From Candidatus Microgenomates bacterium (GTDB taxonomy: Bacteria; Patescibacteriota; Microgenomatia; Levybacterales; UBA12049): a DNA stretch of 62,918 nucleotides. The translations under genes and the position numbers were made by a program. Below the pieces are notes generated by a model. That model was given only the letters and a program-made list of their open reading frames with translations, was not told the DNA's origin and searched no databases. Below are positions 37,090 to 46,144 of the stretch, in pieces (within the stretch, counting starts at the first letter, position 1; every line of letters begins with the position of its first letter). Location: contig JANWKV010000006.1 of assembly GCA_025451195.1 (NCBI GenBank), positions 1 through 62,918 of the forward strand, read 5' to 3'.

Positions 37090-38622
37090 ATGCCCAAACA
37101 ATTTTGCCTTGGGCTTACTATGAGAAAAATTCCGGCAACAATGGCAACGCAACACCCCGACCATGCAAGTATTCCTTACTGGCATGATAAAGCACTTATT
37201 AAAACTCAGGACGAGGCAGAAGAAGCGTATCTTTCTTTTTCAGAGTTAAATATTCCGGAATACAAATGGGACTGGGAAGGAAAACTTGTTGATGAGGCGG
37301 TTTTGGAAAGGCTTTTTGGAAAATATTTCTCTTTTTTTAAAACTAAACCTCTGGGAGTTGAAACGTTTTTAACTTTCAGATTGCCTAATCCAAAAGTAGA
37401 AACCGAATTCAGAATGGGTCGCGCATTTATGAATCTTGCAAGCGCTGCAAGCATTGCAAAACATTTTAATCTGCCTACTCCTCCACTTTTTGAAGTTATT
37501 TTACCAATGACGGAAACTCCTGAAGAAATTTTGGCAATTCAGGTTGCATTTCAGGAAATGCACAACTTAAAACATCCTATGTATAGGCTGGAACATATTT
37601 TAACCAATCTCCGCATTATTCCACTTTTTGAGCAAGTTTCAACAATAATGAGAGCAGATGCAATCCTTAAAAAATATCTGGAAATGTATAAAAAGGAATT
37701 TAAAAAACTCCCTCCTTATATGCGCCCGTATGTTGCCAGAAGCGACCCTGCCTTAAACTCTGGAATGGTTGCAACAGTACTGGCCATTAAAATTGCCCTT
37801 TCCCGTTTTAGAAAACTGGAGGAAAAATTAAAAATTCCACTTTTCCCGATTATTGGTGCCGCGGCACTTCCTTTTAGAGGCGGAATAACACCAGATAATG
37901 TTGAGGATTTTGCCAACGAATATAAAGGAATCCGCACAACAACAATCCAGAGCGCGTTCCGTTACGATTACAAAAAAACACAAGTCAAAAAAGCAGTAGA
38001 AAAACTGGAAGAACTTTTCCCAAAACAAAAGGCATTAATTATTTCAAGCGCCGAAAAAAGAAAACTGCAAAAAATCATTCATGTGTTTGAAAATTGTTAC
38101 CAACAAACAATCGAAAAATTTGCACCCCTTATAAATAAAATTGCGCTGGATCTTCCAAAAAGGCGTGAACGCGTCCAACACATTGGCCTTTTTGGATATT
38201 CAAGGGGAGTTGGGAAAATAAGACTTCCAAGAGCAATCTCATTTACCGCCGCATTATATTCAATTGGTATTCCACCCGAACTTATAGGAACAGGCAGGGG
38301 AATTGCATATGTTAGAAAAAATCAATTTTTGCCGCTTTTAGAAAAATACTATGTAAATTTAAGATCTGATCATAAACGAGCAGGAGGATTTTTAAATAAA
38401 GAAAATCTTATGGATTTATCTAAAACAATTCCTGAGGCAAAAAATATTTTGCAAGACGTAAAAGAAATAGAAAATTATCTTGGGATTGAATTCAAACCGA
38501 CTACAAAAGAACAAAAAAAACATTTAATTTTATCAACAAAAATTTATAAAAAATTCAAAAAAAATGATTCAATTGAAAAATTAATTGAACAAGCTGCAAT
38601 TCTTAGAAAAAGTCTTGGATAA
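37090..38622 (+). CDS. ppcA: Archaeal-type phosphoenolpyruvate carboxylase (PEPcase type 2)
   Basis: About 500 aa. N-terminal IPATMATQHPD motif characteristic of the archaeal-type enzyme. The start is ATG 37090 (leaderless geometry) or ATG 37120. Confidence 0.8.
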   Translation: MPKQFCLGLTMRKIPATMATQHPDHASIPYWHDKALIKTQDEAEEAYLSFSELNIPEYKWDWEGKLVDEAVLERLFGKYFSFFKTKPLGVETFLTFRLPNPKVETEFRMGRAFMNLASAASIAKHFNLPTPPLFEVILPMTETPEEILAIQVAFQEMHNLKHPMYRLEHILTNLRIIPLFEQVSTIMRADAILKKYLEMYKKEFKKLPPYMRPYVARSDPALNSGMVATVLAIKIALSRFRKLEEKLKIPLFPIIGAAALPFRGGITPDNVEDFANEYKGIRTTTIQSAFRYDYKKTQVKKAVEKLEELFPKQKALIISSAEKRKLQKIIHVFENCYQQTIEKFAPLINKIALDLPKRRERVQHIGLFGYSRGVGKIRLPRAISFTAALYSIGIPPELIGTGRGIAYVRKNQFLPLLEKYYVNLRSDHKRAGGFLNKENLMDLSKTIPEAKNILQDVKEIENYLGIEFKPTTKEQKKHLILSTKIYKKFKKNDSIEKLIEQAAILRKSLG

Positions 38623-38670
38623 TTTCTCTTGACAATATTATTAAACAGTGCTACAAAAGTAGATACAAGT

Positions 38671-38964
38671 ATGTCCTCCAAGTCTGTTCCTCTAATAATC
38701 TTTATTATTGTAATGGTTGCCCTTATTGCAGGGCTTCTTTTGTATAAAAAACAATCTCCAACAATGCAAACGCCCCAGGTTGCGCAAAATCAGGAGCCAA
38801 CTGCGGTACCAACAGTTAGTAATCCAAATGCTCTTCCAACAGGTACAAGCGACGCGCAACTTGACCAGGATACCCAAACAATTGACCAAAGCATGACATC
38901 CTTGGACAGCGATCTAAACAGCGTAGACCAGGGATTAAGTGATAAGGAAACAAATTTACAATAA
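38671..38964 (+). CDS. Membrane-anchored Gln/Asp/Ser-rich hypothetical protein
   Basis: MSSKSVPLIIFIIVMVALIAGLLLY TM segment followed by a low-complexity tail. The start is set at ATG 38671. Confidence 0.5.
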   Translation: MSSKSVPLIIFIIVMVALIAGLLLYKKQSPTMQTPQVAQNQEPTAVPTVSNPNALPTGTSDAQLDQDTQTIDQSMTSLDSDLNSVDQGLSDKETNLQ

Positions 38965-38965
38965 C

Positions 38966-39817
38966 ATGAACGCGAAAAAAATTATTATTTCGGCAATTAT
39001 TATGATTGTTGCGCTTTTCCCCCAATCTATTGGCCGTGCTGTTGCACAAACAACGCCTGATACTACAACTAATACAACAACCAACATTACAGCTGCAGTA
39101 ACGCAAAATCCTAAAAAATTGGTTGCCCAGGATACACGCGTTGCCAACCTAAAACAAAGGGCGGACACGGAAATCGCCAGAAGAGTTGATTCGTTAACCG
39201 ATATTAATACCAAAATTTCAACAATCAAACATATTACAAGTACGCAAAAATCCACTTTTACATCAGCGGTTTCCGCAGAAATTAATAATCTTAATACTTT
39301 AAAAACAAAAATTGATGCTGATACCGACATTACAACTTTAAGAACCGATGTAAAATCTATAGTTGATTCCTACCGCGTTTATGTCGTATTTCTCCCTCAA
39401 CTGCGGATGATTGTTGCGTCTGATAAAATTCTTAACATTACCGATACAATGAACGACTTTGCAACCAAACTTGCGTCACGTATTGCGGCAGCAGAAAATG
39501 CAGGAGCCGCGACTACCGATATAACATCTATGCAGATGCTTTTGACCGATATGCAGCAAAAAATTTCAAATGCGGTTGTACAGGCTAATAATGTTATTAC
39601 AACAGTTTCGGGATTAACTCCAACCGGTTATCCGGGAAATAAAACTTCTTTGCAGTCAGGGAGAACTATGCTCCAAACAGCACGTCAGGATTTAACTACT
39701 GCTATGCAGGATGCAAAAAAGATTATTCAAGATCTTAAAAGCCTTAAAACAACCAATACCACAACTTCTTCAACCAGTCCTACTTTAGTACCGGTTAGTC
39801 CCACTCCTTCTTCTTAA
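38966..39817 (+). CDS. Secreted all-helical hypothetical protein
   Basis: Signal peptide MNAKKIIISAIIMIVALFPQSIGRAVAQ followed by long helical repeats. The start is set at ATG 38966, just after the upstream stop. Confidence 0.6.
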   Translation: MNAKKIIISAIIMIVALFPQSIGRAVAQTTPDTTTNTTTNITAAVTQNPKKLVAQDTRVANLKQRADTEIARRVDSLTDINTKISTIKHITSTQKSTFTSAVSAEINNLNTLKTKIDADTDITTLRTDVKSIVDSYRVYVVFLPQLRMIVASDKILNITDTMNDFATKLASRIAAAENAGAATTDITSMQMLLTDMQQKISNAVVQANNVITTVSGLTPTGYPGNKTSLQSGRTMLQTARQDLTTAMQDAKKIIQDLKSLKTTNTTTSSTSPTLVPVSPTPSS

Positions 39818-39822
39818 ATATC

Positions 39823-41598
39823 TCAGAAGATAATTCTGGCTCCACCTAATTCATCATAATCAAAGGGATGTTCATGGTGAATTGATCCAATAAGAATTCT
39901 ATTCTTCCTGATCTTAAATTTTTTCGCGATTAAATCAATCGCGTGTGGCCCAAATTGCTCGTCTAAAAAAACAGGCTCAATATTAAAATCCGGATAAACT
40001 CCCGCCCGTTTTAGAGCGGGTAATATTTCTTCTGTTAATTCCTGAAATTTTTTTATATTTCTTTTTGGCCGTAATTCTTCATTGTTATCACATTGTACTA
40101 AATAAATATGATGACCAATCTCATTTGTATCTATGTATTTTAAAATTTTATAAAGTCTATTTAGATGATGGAAAAATACCACAAATGTTCCTTTTCCCGT
40201 AAGATCCTCATACCATCGTGCTATTATTTTATTAACAGCCGGAACTGTACGAGTAGCCCTTATCATAAACCGCAAAACATAATCTATATAAATTGTCCCA
40301 AATACTAGAATAATTGCGGGGACAAAATAAGTAAGAAAATAATCCAGATTAACAGGATTTAACCTTATGTTACCGATAATCCCTGCTGCTGTTGACAAAA
40401 ACGCAATAATAACAAATGCAAGAGGTGCCTGATAAGTCCTTTTAAGATCCTTCCTTGTTTCCCGCATAATCAAATTTCCAAGCGCAAATAACGTCATAAC
40501 GCAAAGGAATGCAATTGTATATACTCCTACCAAAGAAAGTAAATTTCCCTTAGTAACTAGTAGTATTGAAGAACACAAAAGGAAAAATGCAACTATAATA
40601 TAAGGATACGAACCCTTTTTATTTACTTTTGCTAAAGGTTCGGGGAAACATCCGTCTGTTGTCATACGGAAAATTAGTCCGCTTACTCCGACAAAAGCAG
40701 TTAATACAGCACCGGCAAGTACCAACATTGCATCAATTACAACTATTGTTTGAAAAATATCCCCTCCCATTGCGAGTGCTGTGTTAGAAAGCAGAAAATC
40801 CTGAGTTTTAAGAATTGAGCCAAAAGGCATAACATTTAAAACGATAAGGGCAATAAGAGGATTAAATATCGTAACGCCTATCAGCATGTTTCGAAGGGTT
40901 TTCCTAAAAACTCCTCTTTGCTGTTCTTCTACAAAATTGGCGGAACTTTCAAATCCGGAAACACCAAGAAGTGATGCTGCAAATCCAAAAAAGAGGGCTG
41001 GGAATAAACCTCCAAGTCTGGTTATTAGCGGAATTGAAGAGTGTAAATTTGCATTAAGGAATGAGTGTCCACCGTGTAATACGTAAAAAAGACCAAATAA
41101 GGAAAATGCAGAAAGGACAACTATGTGGAAAGAAAAAATTCCAAGTGCAACTTTTGCAGAATCTTTAATGCCCGATATTACAAGACCTGCAAAAAGCGCA
41201 AGAAGAGCAACCGTCAAAGGTATAATCGGCACACGAAGCATTGAATCCAAATATTGTATTGCCGATTCGCCAGATATTACGGCGGTTGCTATGTAGGATA
41301 AAATGGTCATCGTACCCGCAACTGCAGCCGCATTTTTGGTAGTTGCATTAAGTAAACAATTGTATGCGCCGCCGTTGGTAGGTAATGCCTCAACAACTTC
41401 AGTATAAACCGATTTATAAAAAAACAAGACGCCGCCAATTACCGCAAGAACAATTGGCGCCAGTATGCCGGCATAAACAATTGCTATTCCGGAAACATAA
41501 AAAGTGGAGCTTAAAATGTCATTTCCGCAAATTGCAGTTGCAAACCATTGATTAAGACGTGTATGCTGCTTTACTTTACCGGGATTATCTTTACTCAT
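39823..41598 (-). CDS. APC-superfamily amino acid/cation permease with C-terminal cytoplasmic domain
   Basis: About 12 TM segments. N-terminal WFATAICGNDILSSTFYVSG. Soluble tail of about 140 aa. Confidence 0.78.
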   Translation of the reverse strand: MSKDNPGKVKQHTRLNQWFATAICGNDILSSTFYVSGIAIVYAGILAPIVLAVIGGVLFFYKSVYTEVVEALPTNGGAYNCLLNATTKNAAAVAGTMTILSYIATAVISGESAIQYLDSMLRVPIIPLTVALLALFAGLVISGIKDSAKVALGIFSFHIVVLSAFSLFGLFYVLHGGHSFLNANLHSSIPLITRLGGLFPALFFGFAASLLGVSGFESSANFVEEQQRGVFRKTLRNMLIGVTIFNPLIALIVLNVMPFGSILKTQDFLLSNTALAMGGDIFQTIVVIDAMLVLAGAVLTAFVGVSGLIFRMTTDGCFPEPLAKVNKKGSYPYIIVAFFLLCSSILLVTKGNLLSLVGVYTIAFLCVMTLFALGNLIMRETRKDLKRTYQAPLAFVIIAFLSTAAGIIGNIRLNPVNLDYFLTYFVPAIILVFGTIYIDYVLRFMIRATRTVPAVNKIIARWYEDLTGKGTFVVFFHHLNRLYKILKYIDTNEIGHHIYLVQCDNNEELRPKRNIKKFQELTEEILPALKRAGVYPDFNIEPVFLDEQFGPHAIDLIAKKFKIRKNRILIGSIHHEHPFDYDELGGARIIF

Positions 41599-41618
41599 AC
41601 TACATTTTAAATTTTTCT

Positions 41619-41654
41619 ATAAAACAAAAAAATAAATCCGAGAAAATCCCGGAT
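41619..41654 (-). terminator. Rho-independent terminator downstream of the LUD-domain gene
   Basis: The minus strand reads ATCCG-GGATTTTCT-CGGAT followed by TTATTTTTTTGTTTTAT. Confidence 0.55.
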
Positions 41655-41741
41655 ACGTGTATTATAAATATGTGTTTTACAATTTTCAATAAGGAGTTGT
41701 TACTTTTTGACAACAATCTGAAAAGAGGCTGAATTAAAAAT

Positions 41742-42365
41742 TTAGAACCCCAATAATTCTTTTACAAAAATTATATGAAGGCGACCGGTTACAAGTTCTT
41801 TATTTATAATTAGTAATTTACTAACGTTGCTATTCCAACTATCCGGCAACCCATAAGCTTTACGGGAGCGTTTTGATTCCAAGGGCAGAACATATTCGTA
41901 AATTCTTTTCATGCCTTCATCAAAATCTTTAACAATTTTTTGTGTACCAACAACCCAAATTACATGTGCGGATGCATATGCATACGCCGGCAACTGACTG
42001 CCTGTATTTGAGGCTATAACTACACGCCCGTCTTGTGTTACTGCATGCACACTGCCAACCGTATATTCCGGTGCTGCGCCTAATTTTTGCATTTTTAGAG
42101 AATCTGTTTGCCTATTCATTGCATTAAGTTTTTGTCTGACCGAATCGTATTTCCCGGATTCGTTTATTTCTTTTGGGATACCGATTGTATCAAGGGTTAC
42201 AGATGTCATTGTCATCACTTCTTTCTTTTCAGGAACAAGCGATAAAACTTTCTGCTTTGCCTCATCCCCGTTTTCGGCAACTTCTGCTGTTATTCCATTT
42301 TTAGATAGGGAATCTATTGTTTTTTTTATTACATCATCTGCCGGAAGAGTTGTCCATTTATCCAT
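41742..42365 (-). CDS. LUD-domain (YkgG/LutC-like, DUF162) protein
   Basis: 207 aa. The overall pattern (..SVTLDTIGI.. , ..GSVHAVTQDGRVVIASNTGSQL..) resembles the lactate-utilisation LUD family. Confidence 0.6.
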   Translation of the reverse strand: MDKWTTLPADDVIKKTIDSLSKNGITAEVAENGDEAKQKVLSLVPEKKEVMTMTSVTLDTIGIPKEINESGKYDSVRQKLNAMNRQTDSLKMQKLGAAPEYTVGSVHAVTQDGRVVIASNTGSQLPAYAYASAHVIWVVGTQKIVKDFDEGMKRIYEYVLPLESKRSRKAYGLPDSWNSNVSKLLIINKELVTGRLHIIFVKELLGF

Positions 42366-42393
42366 AAATTCATATTAACATTAATGCTTCATT

Positions 42394-42410
42394 TTGTAAA
42401 GTAGTTACAA
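42394..42410. promoter_or_regulatory. Operator-like near-palindrome TTGTAAAGTAGTTACAA in the LUD/hxlR divergent region
   Basis: A 19/20 identical core (TTGTAAAGTAsTTACAAAA) recurs at 52582-52601. It is followed by a 9-bp inverted repeat ACAAAAAGT..ACTTTTTGT (42407-42437). Confidence 0.5.
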
Positions 42411-42451
42411 AAAGTATAGTAATTTTTGACTTTTTGTAGTATAATCCCATT

Positions 42452-42754
42452 ATGGATAACCCTTGCGGTATTGCAAAAACATTAAAAATAATCGGAAGTA
42501 AATGGTCTATGCTCATTTTGCATAATCTTTTTGACGGCAAAAAGAGATTTGGAGAATTACAAAGGCATTTAGAAAAAATTAGTCCAAAAACGCTGTCAAT
42601 AAGACTTCAGGAACTTGAAAAAGAAGGAATTATAGAAAAGAAAATATTTGCCGAAATTCCACTACATGTGGAATACAGCTTAACTCCAAAAGGAAAATCT
42701 CTTCAAGAGATTTTTAAACAAATGGATAAATGGGGACTGAGTTCGGATTGCTAA
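42452..42754 (+). CDS. HxlR/DUF24 (YodB-like) winged-helix transcriptional regulator
   Basis: NPCGIAKTLKIIGSKWSMLILHNLFDGKKRFGELQRHL..ISPKTLSIRLQELEKEGII, with the conserved N-terminal Cys. TATAAT (42440-42445) ends 6 nt before the ATG. Confidence 0.9.
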   Translation: MDNPCGIAKTLKIIGSKWSMLILHNLFDGKKRFGELQRHLEKISPKTLSIRLQELEKEGIIEKKIFAEIPLHVEYSLTPKGKSLQEIFKQMDKWGLSSDC

Positions 42755-42757
42755 GCA

Positions 42758-42934
42758 TTAGGATTTTCTTACCATATCAAGCAAAATCACTGCCACGCAA
42801 ATTATTAACCCGAGCCATGCCATACCCAGAGACGGAATAATAGAAACCGCTAAAATTCCAAGACCAAAACCGAAAAGGCTATGCATAATAACATGCGGTG
42901 TAAAACACGCTTTCATTTTTTTATCCATTTTCAT
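42758..42934 (-). CDS. Small 2-TM membrane protein
   Basis: MKMDKKMKACFTPHVIMHSLFGFGLGILAVSIIPSLGMAWLGLIICVAVILLD.. The start is uncertain (42934, 42928 or 42970). Confidence 0.4.
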   Translation of the reverse strand: MKMDKKMKACFTPHVIMHSLFGFGLGILAVSIIPSLGMAWLGLIICVAVILLDMVRKS

Positions 42935-43056
42935 TACCTTCCGTCCCAGATTTGTTAATTCAGATAGCAAGGTCAGGCCAAATCTTTAAATTTACGTGCG
43001 CCTTACTTTCTTTTTTACTTTTAATTAGTGTAACAAATATTTGTTATAATTTGTTT

Positions 43057-43626
43057 GTGGAAGATCTAAACAGGAAAAGTGTTAATTTAGAAACAGCAAC
43101 GCTTGGAGGCGGATGTTTTTGGTGTACCGAAGCAATTTTCAGAAGACTTAATGGTGTTATTTCTGTTATGCCCGGGTTTTCCGGCGGTAAAAAAGAAACC
43201 GCAAATTACGACAGAATCCATTCCGGCACAACAGGGCATGCGGAATCAATTCAGATTGAATTTGACCCTACTCTAATTCCTTTTGAAAAAATTTTGGATG
43301 TTTTTTGGCACACACACAATCCAACCACATTAAACAAGCAAGGAGCAGATGAAGGCACGGAATATAGATCTGTTATTTTTTACCATGATGAAAAACAAAA
43401 AGAAATAGCGGAGAAATCAAAAAAAAAGGTGGAACAATCCCGTCTTTATAAAGAACCTATTGTAACCGAAATTTCTCCGTTTACAGGATTTTATCCTGCG
43501 GACGCACACCACAGGGAGTTTTATGAGAAAAACAAAAACAGCCCGTACTGTACATTTGTGATTGATCCGAAAATTCAAAAACTTTTAAAAGAATTCGGAA
43601 AAGATGTAAAAGAAGAATACAAATAG
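43057..43626 (+). CDS. msrA: Peptide-methionine (S)-S-oxide reductase MsrA
   Basis: ATLGGGCFWCTEAIF active-site motif and GHAESIQIEFDP. The start is uncertain (GTG 43057, or TTG 42952 with a hydrophobic extension). Confidence 0.9.
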   Translation: MEDLNRKSVNLETATLGGGCFWCTEAIFRRLNGVISVMPGFSGGKKETANYDRIHSGTTGHAESIQIEFDPTLIPFEKILDVFWHTHNPTTLNKQGADEGTEYRSVIFYHDEKQKEIAEKSKKKVEQSRLYKEPIVTEISPFTGFYPADAHHREFYEKNKNSPYCTFVIDPKIQKLLKEFGKDVKEEYK

Positions 43627-43630
43627 CGGA

Positions 43631-44179
43631 CTAGATTTTTCTTTTAAGTTTTTCTTTGTAAATAATCATTCCAAATCCCAAAGCAATCATTATAATCCAG
43701 GCAAGGCTGATTTGCTTCATTAATGAATCTTCCCTTTTTTCAACTTCCCGTAGCGATCTTCCTGCCAAAACAAAACCAGAATTTTGTCCTTTAAAATGCA
43801 CTATAACTGTGGCTATTCTTATGCCGTTTTCCGGCTGCCAGGTAATTCTGTCTTCTTGATTTTTTTTCACATAATCAAAAACTCCGCTTGGGGGAACAGG
43901 GATTTTTCCGTTGAGTAGGCCTGAGGATTGAATTGGTAAATCATTATCATTATATGTAATAAGAAATGGGGAAATGCTTGTTATTAAATTAACTTTTGGT
44001 GCAAAAAGTGCTTGGGGCATTTCATTTATAGATAGTTCTACTGCCCCATCTTCTGCCATTTGGATTTGTGGATCATTTGCACTTTGGCGAATGTCTTGTT
44101 GGACGGCAATATAAACCAAACCGCAAACAAAAGTCGTGAAGATTATTAAAATAACAAACAAAAAGAAGCTTTTTCTCAT
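43631..44179 (-). CDS. Hypothetical bitopic-hairpin membrane protein (TM, about 130-aa outside domain, TM)
   Basis: 182 aa with hydrophobic segments at both ends. 18 nt downstream of the AAA gene. Confidence 0.55.
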   Translation of the reverse strand: MRKSFFLFVILIIFTTFVCGLVYIAVQQDIRQSANDPQIQMAEDGAVELSINEMPQALFAPKVNLITSISPFLITYNDNDLPIQSSGLLNGKIPVPPSGVFDYVKKNQEDRITWQPENGIRIATVIVHFKGQNSGFVLAGRSLREVEKREDSLMKQISLAWIIMIALGFGMIIYKEKLKRKI

Positions 44180-44197
44180 AAGTAAAGTATAACACTA

Positions 44198-45352
44198 TTA
44201 ATTACGCCTTCCAAAATATCCGCTTGATGTTTGGGAGTATGGACGGCTTCCTTCCATACCTCTTTTTACAGATCTGTCTTCCTCTTCTCTCATCTCATCA
44301 GCCAATGCAGTCATTTCTTCGGCTGATACAACAGACAAAGACAATCCCTCGGGGTGAATTTTAAGATATTCATCCAAATCTTCGATTTTTGCATCATCTA
44401 AAAGTTTTTGAAGCTTAATTGCAGCAAGCCTTGTTGCCCTTTTTATTAAACGGGCTAATTGGTCACCGCTAAATCCTTCTGTTGATCGTGCAACCTGTTG
44501 CCAATATTCTTCCTGATGTTTTATTTTTTCTTCTTGTGATAAATCGCCTGCCGGTATATCTGCAAAAATTGGCGCACCGTAACCTGCTTCTTCTGATGCT
44601 TTTCTTATTCTATCTCTATGAATTGTCAATATTTCTATTCTGTCTTCCTCATTTGGATTTGGTACTTCAATTTTTCTTCCAAAACGTCTTCTTGCTGCAG
44701 GATCCATTCCATCCGGCCTGTTTGTGGCACCAATAACATAAATCTGCTCATTATTTTCATGTGCTCCATCCATCTCTGTAAGAAGCGCGGAAAGAGCTGT
44801 TGTATGCATACTGTGACTTGTTGGTCCGTCCCTGTCCATAAAAAGTCCGTCTGCTTCGTCAAAGAAAATAATAACCGGCCTTCCTGACTCTTGGGAAAGT
44901 TTTCTTGCAAGTACAAAAAGTGCTTTTATGTTTTGAGGGGTTTCATTTACCCATTTGCTTGCCAAATCCTGATAATTAACAATTATCACAATCGCCCCAG
45001 TCTCTCCAACCAATGCTCTTGCCAATTCAGTTTTCCCGTTACCGCTTGGTCCCCATAAAAGATATCCTCTGTCTACCTGTGCGCTAACAGCAAGATGAAC
45101 TTTTGATCCTTTAATAATAGTTGCTAATTCTTGCAGTGCTTCTTTTGCCTTTTTATTACCCCCAATATCTGCAAAAGTCCTATCCGATTGTTCAACTACC
45201 GTAACTTTTGACCTAATATCCGATTCTTCTTCTTTTTTTCCAAAATTAAAAAGTTTACCAAAATCGTTGGATAAAATCCCTTTTATTTTTTCTTCCTTTA
45301 AGCCCGTTTCTCCTTCTGGAGAAAAAGGTTTTTCAATTACTTCTTCTGCCAT
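44198..45352 (-). CDS. Classical-clade AAA+ ATPase (FtsH/Cdc48-like single AAA module, no TM or protease domain)
   Basis: Walker A GPSGNGKT, Walker B IIFFDEADGL, ATNRPDGMDPAARRRFGRKIEVPNP (second region of homology). Confidence 0.85.
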   Translation of the reverse strand: MAEEVIEKPFSPEGETGLKEEKIKGILSNDFGKLFNFGKKEEESDIRSKVTVVEQSDRTFADIGGNKKAKEALQELATIIKGSKVHLAVSAQVDRGYLLWGPSGNGKTELARALVGETGAIVIIVNYQDLASKWVNETPQNIKALFVLARKLSQESGRPVIIFFDEADGLFMDRDGPTSHSMHTTALSALLTEMDGAHENNEQIYVIGATNRPDGMDPAARRRFGRKIEVPNPNEEDRIEILTIHRDRIRKASEEAGYGAPIFADIPAGDLSQEEKIKHQEEYWQQVARSTEGFSGDQLARLIKRATRLAAIKLQKLLDDAKIEDLDEYLKIHPEGLSLSVVSAEEMTALADEMREEEDRSVKRGMEGSRPYSQTSSGYFGRRN

Positions 45353-45358
45353 ATATTC

Positions 45359-45386
45359 CTTTCCATACTCATTTGAGTATGGAAAG
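45359..45386. promoter_or_regulatory. Perfect 13-bp inverted repeat CTTTCCATACTCA-TT-TGAGTATGGAAAG
   Basis: It begins 7 nt upstream of the AAA ATPase start. On the minus-strand mRNA the 3' arm contains the only SD-like GGAAAGGA. Confidence 0.6.
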
Positions 45387-45453
45387 ATTTTATATCAACA
45401 GGCAAAATTGTACTTGATATTTTCCTTACAAACTACTAACAATTAGTATACTT

Positions 45454-46074
45454 ATGGTTATTCCAACAATAACTTATCAAGAAAAACTTTGGAGAAAAGG
45501 GCTCTTAAATATTGCGGGAGTGGACGAGGTTGGCCGCGGTCCCTTGGCAGGTCCCGTAATGGCAGCTGCAGTTGTTATAAATAACAAAAATCAGGTTGTA
45601 AAATCTGTTAGAGACAGCAAATTAATGAGTAGCTATCAAAGGGAAAAAGTTTTTTTAGAGATTTGTGATAAATCTTCAGCATTTGGAATAGGAAAAGTCG
45701 AAGCCCTTGAAATTGATAAAATTGGAATCCATGTTGCGACAAAAAAAGCTATGCTTAAAGCATTAATTGAAGTTGAAAAAAAATTGAGACAAAAATTAGA
45801 TTATGTTTTGGTAGACGGATCAAAAACAATGCCTCTTGAAAGTTTCCCACATGAAAGAATATTAAAGGGCGGACTTTATCATTATTCTATTGCTTGTGCT
45901 TCTGTTATTGCAAAAGTTACAAGAGACCGGCTAATGGAAAAATTGGCGGAATTTTATCCGGAGTATAATTTTGAAAAACATGCCGGATATGGAACAGCAA
46001 TCCACTTACAAAGAATAAAACAATTTGGTCCATGCCCAATCCATAGAATGTCTTTTGCCCCACTAAAAAAATAA
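45454..46074 (+). CDS. rnhB: Ribonuclease HII
   Basis: AGVDEVGRGPLAGPV catalytic motif, ..LVDG.., ..SIACASVIAKVTRD.. Confidence 0.92.
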   Translation: MVIPTITYQEKLWRKGLLNIAGVDEVGRGPLAGPVMAAAVVINNKNQVVKSVRDSKLMSSYQREKVFLEICDKSSAFGIGKVEALEIDKIGIHVATKKAMLKALIEVEKKLRQKLDYVLVDGSKTMPLESFPHERILKGGLYHYSIACASVIAKVTRDRLMEKLAEFYPEYNFEKHAGYGTAIHLQRIKQFGPCPIHRMSFAPLKK

Positions 46075-46099
46075 ATTAATTTTTAAACGCAAAACCAGC

Positions 46100-46116
46100 C
46101 GGATATGAAATATCCG
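46100..46116. terminator. Hairpin CGGATAT-GAA-ATATCCG between convergent genes
   Basis: 7-bp stem followed by T-rich ACTGATTTATTTCC on the plus strand and preceded by an A-rich tract. Confidence 0.5.
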
Positions 46117-46144
46117 ACTGATTTATTTCCTGTCTTTAACGATC

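Noticed and set aside
42952-43056. TTG-initiated hydrophobic N-terminal extension of MsrA (membrane-anchored MsrA)
   Set aside because: It overlaps the oppositely oriented small membrane-protein gene and needs a TTG start. A TATAAT-like box (43044-43049) sits just before GTG 43057. It cannot be excluded without data.
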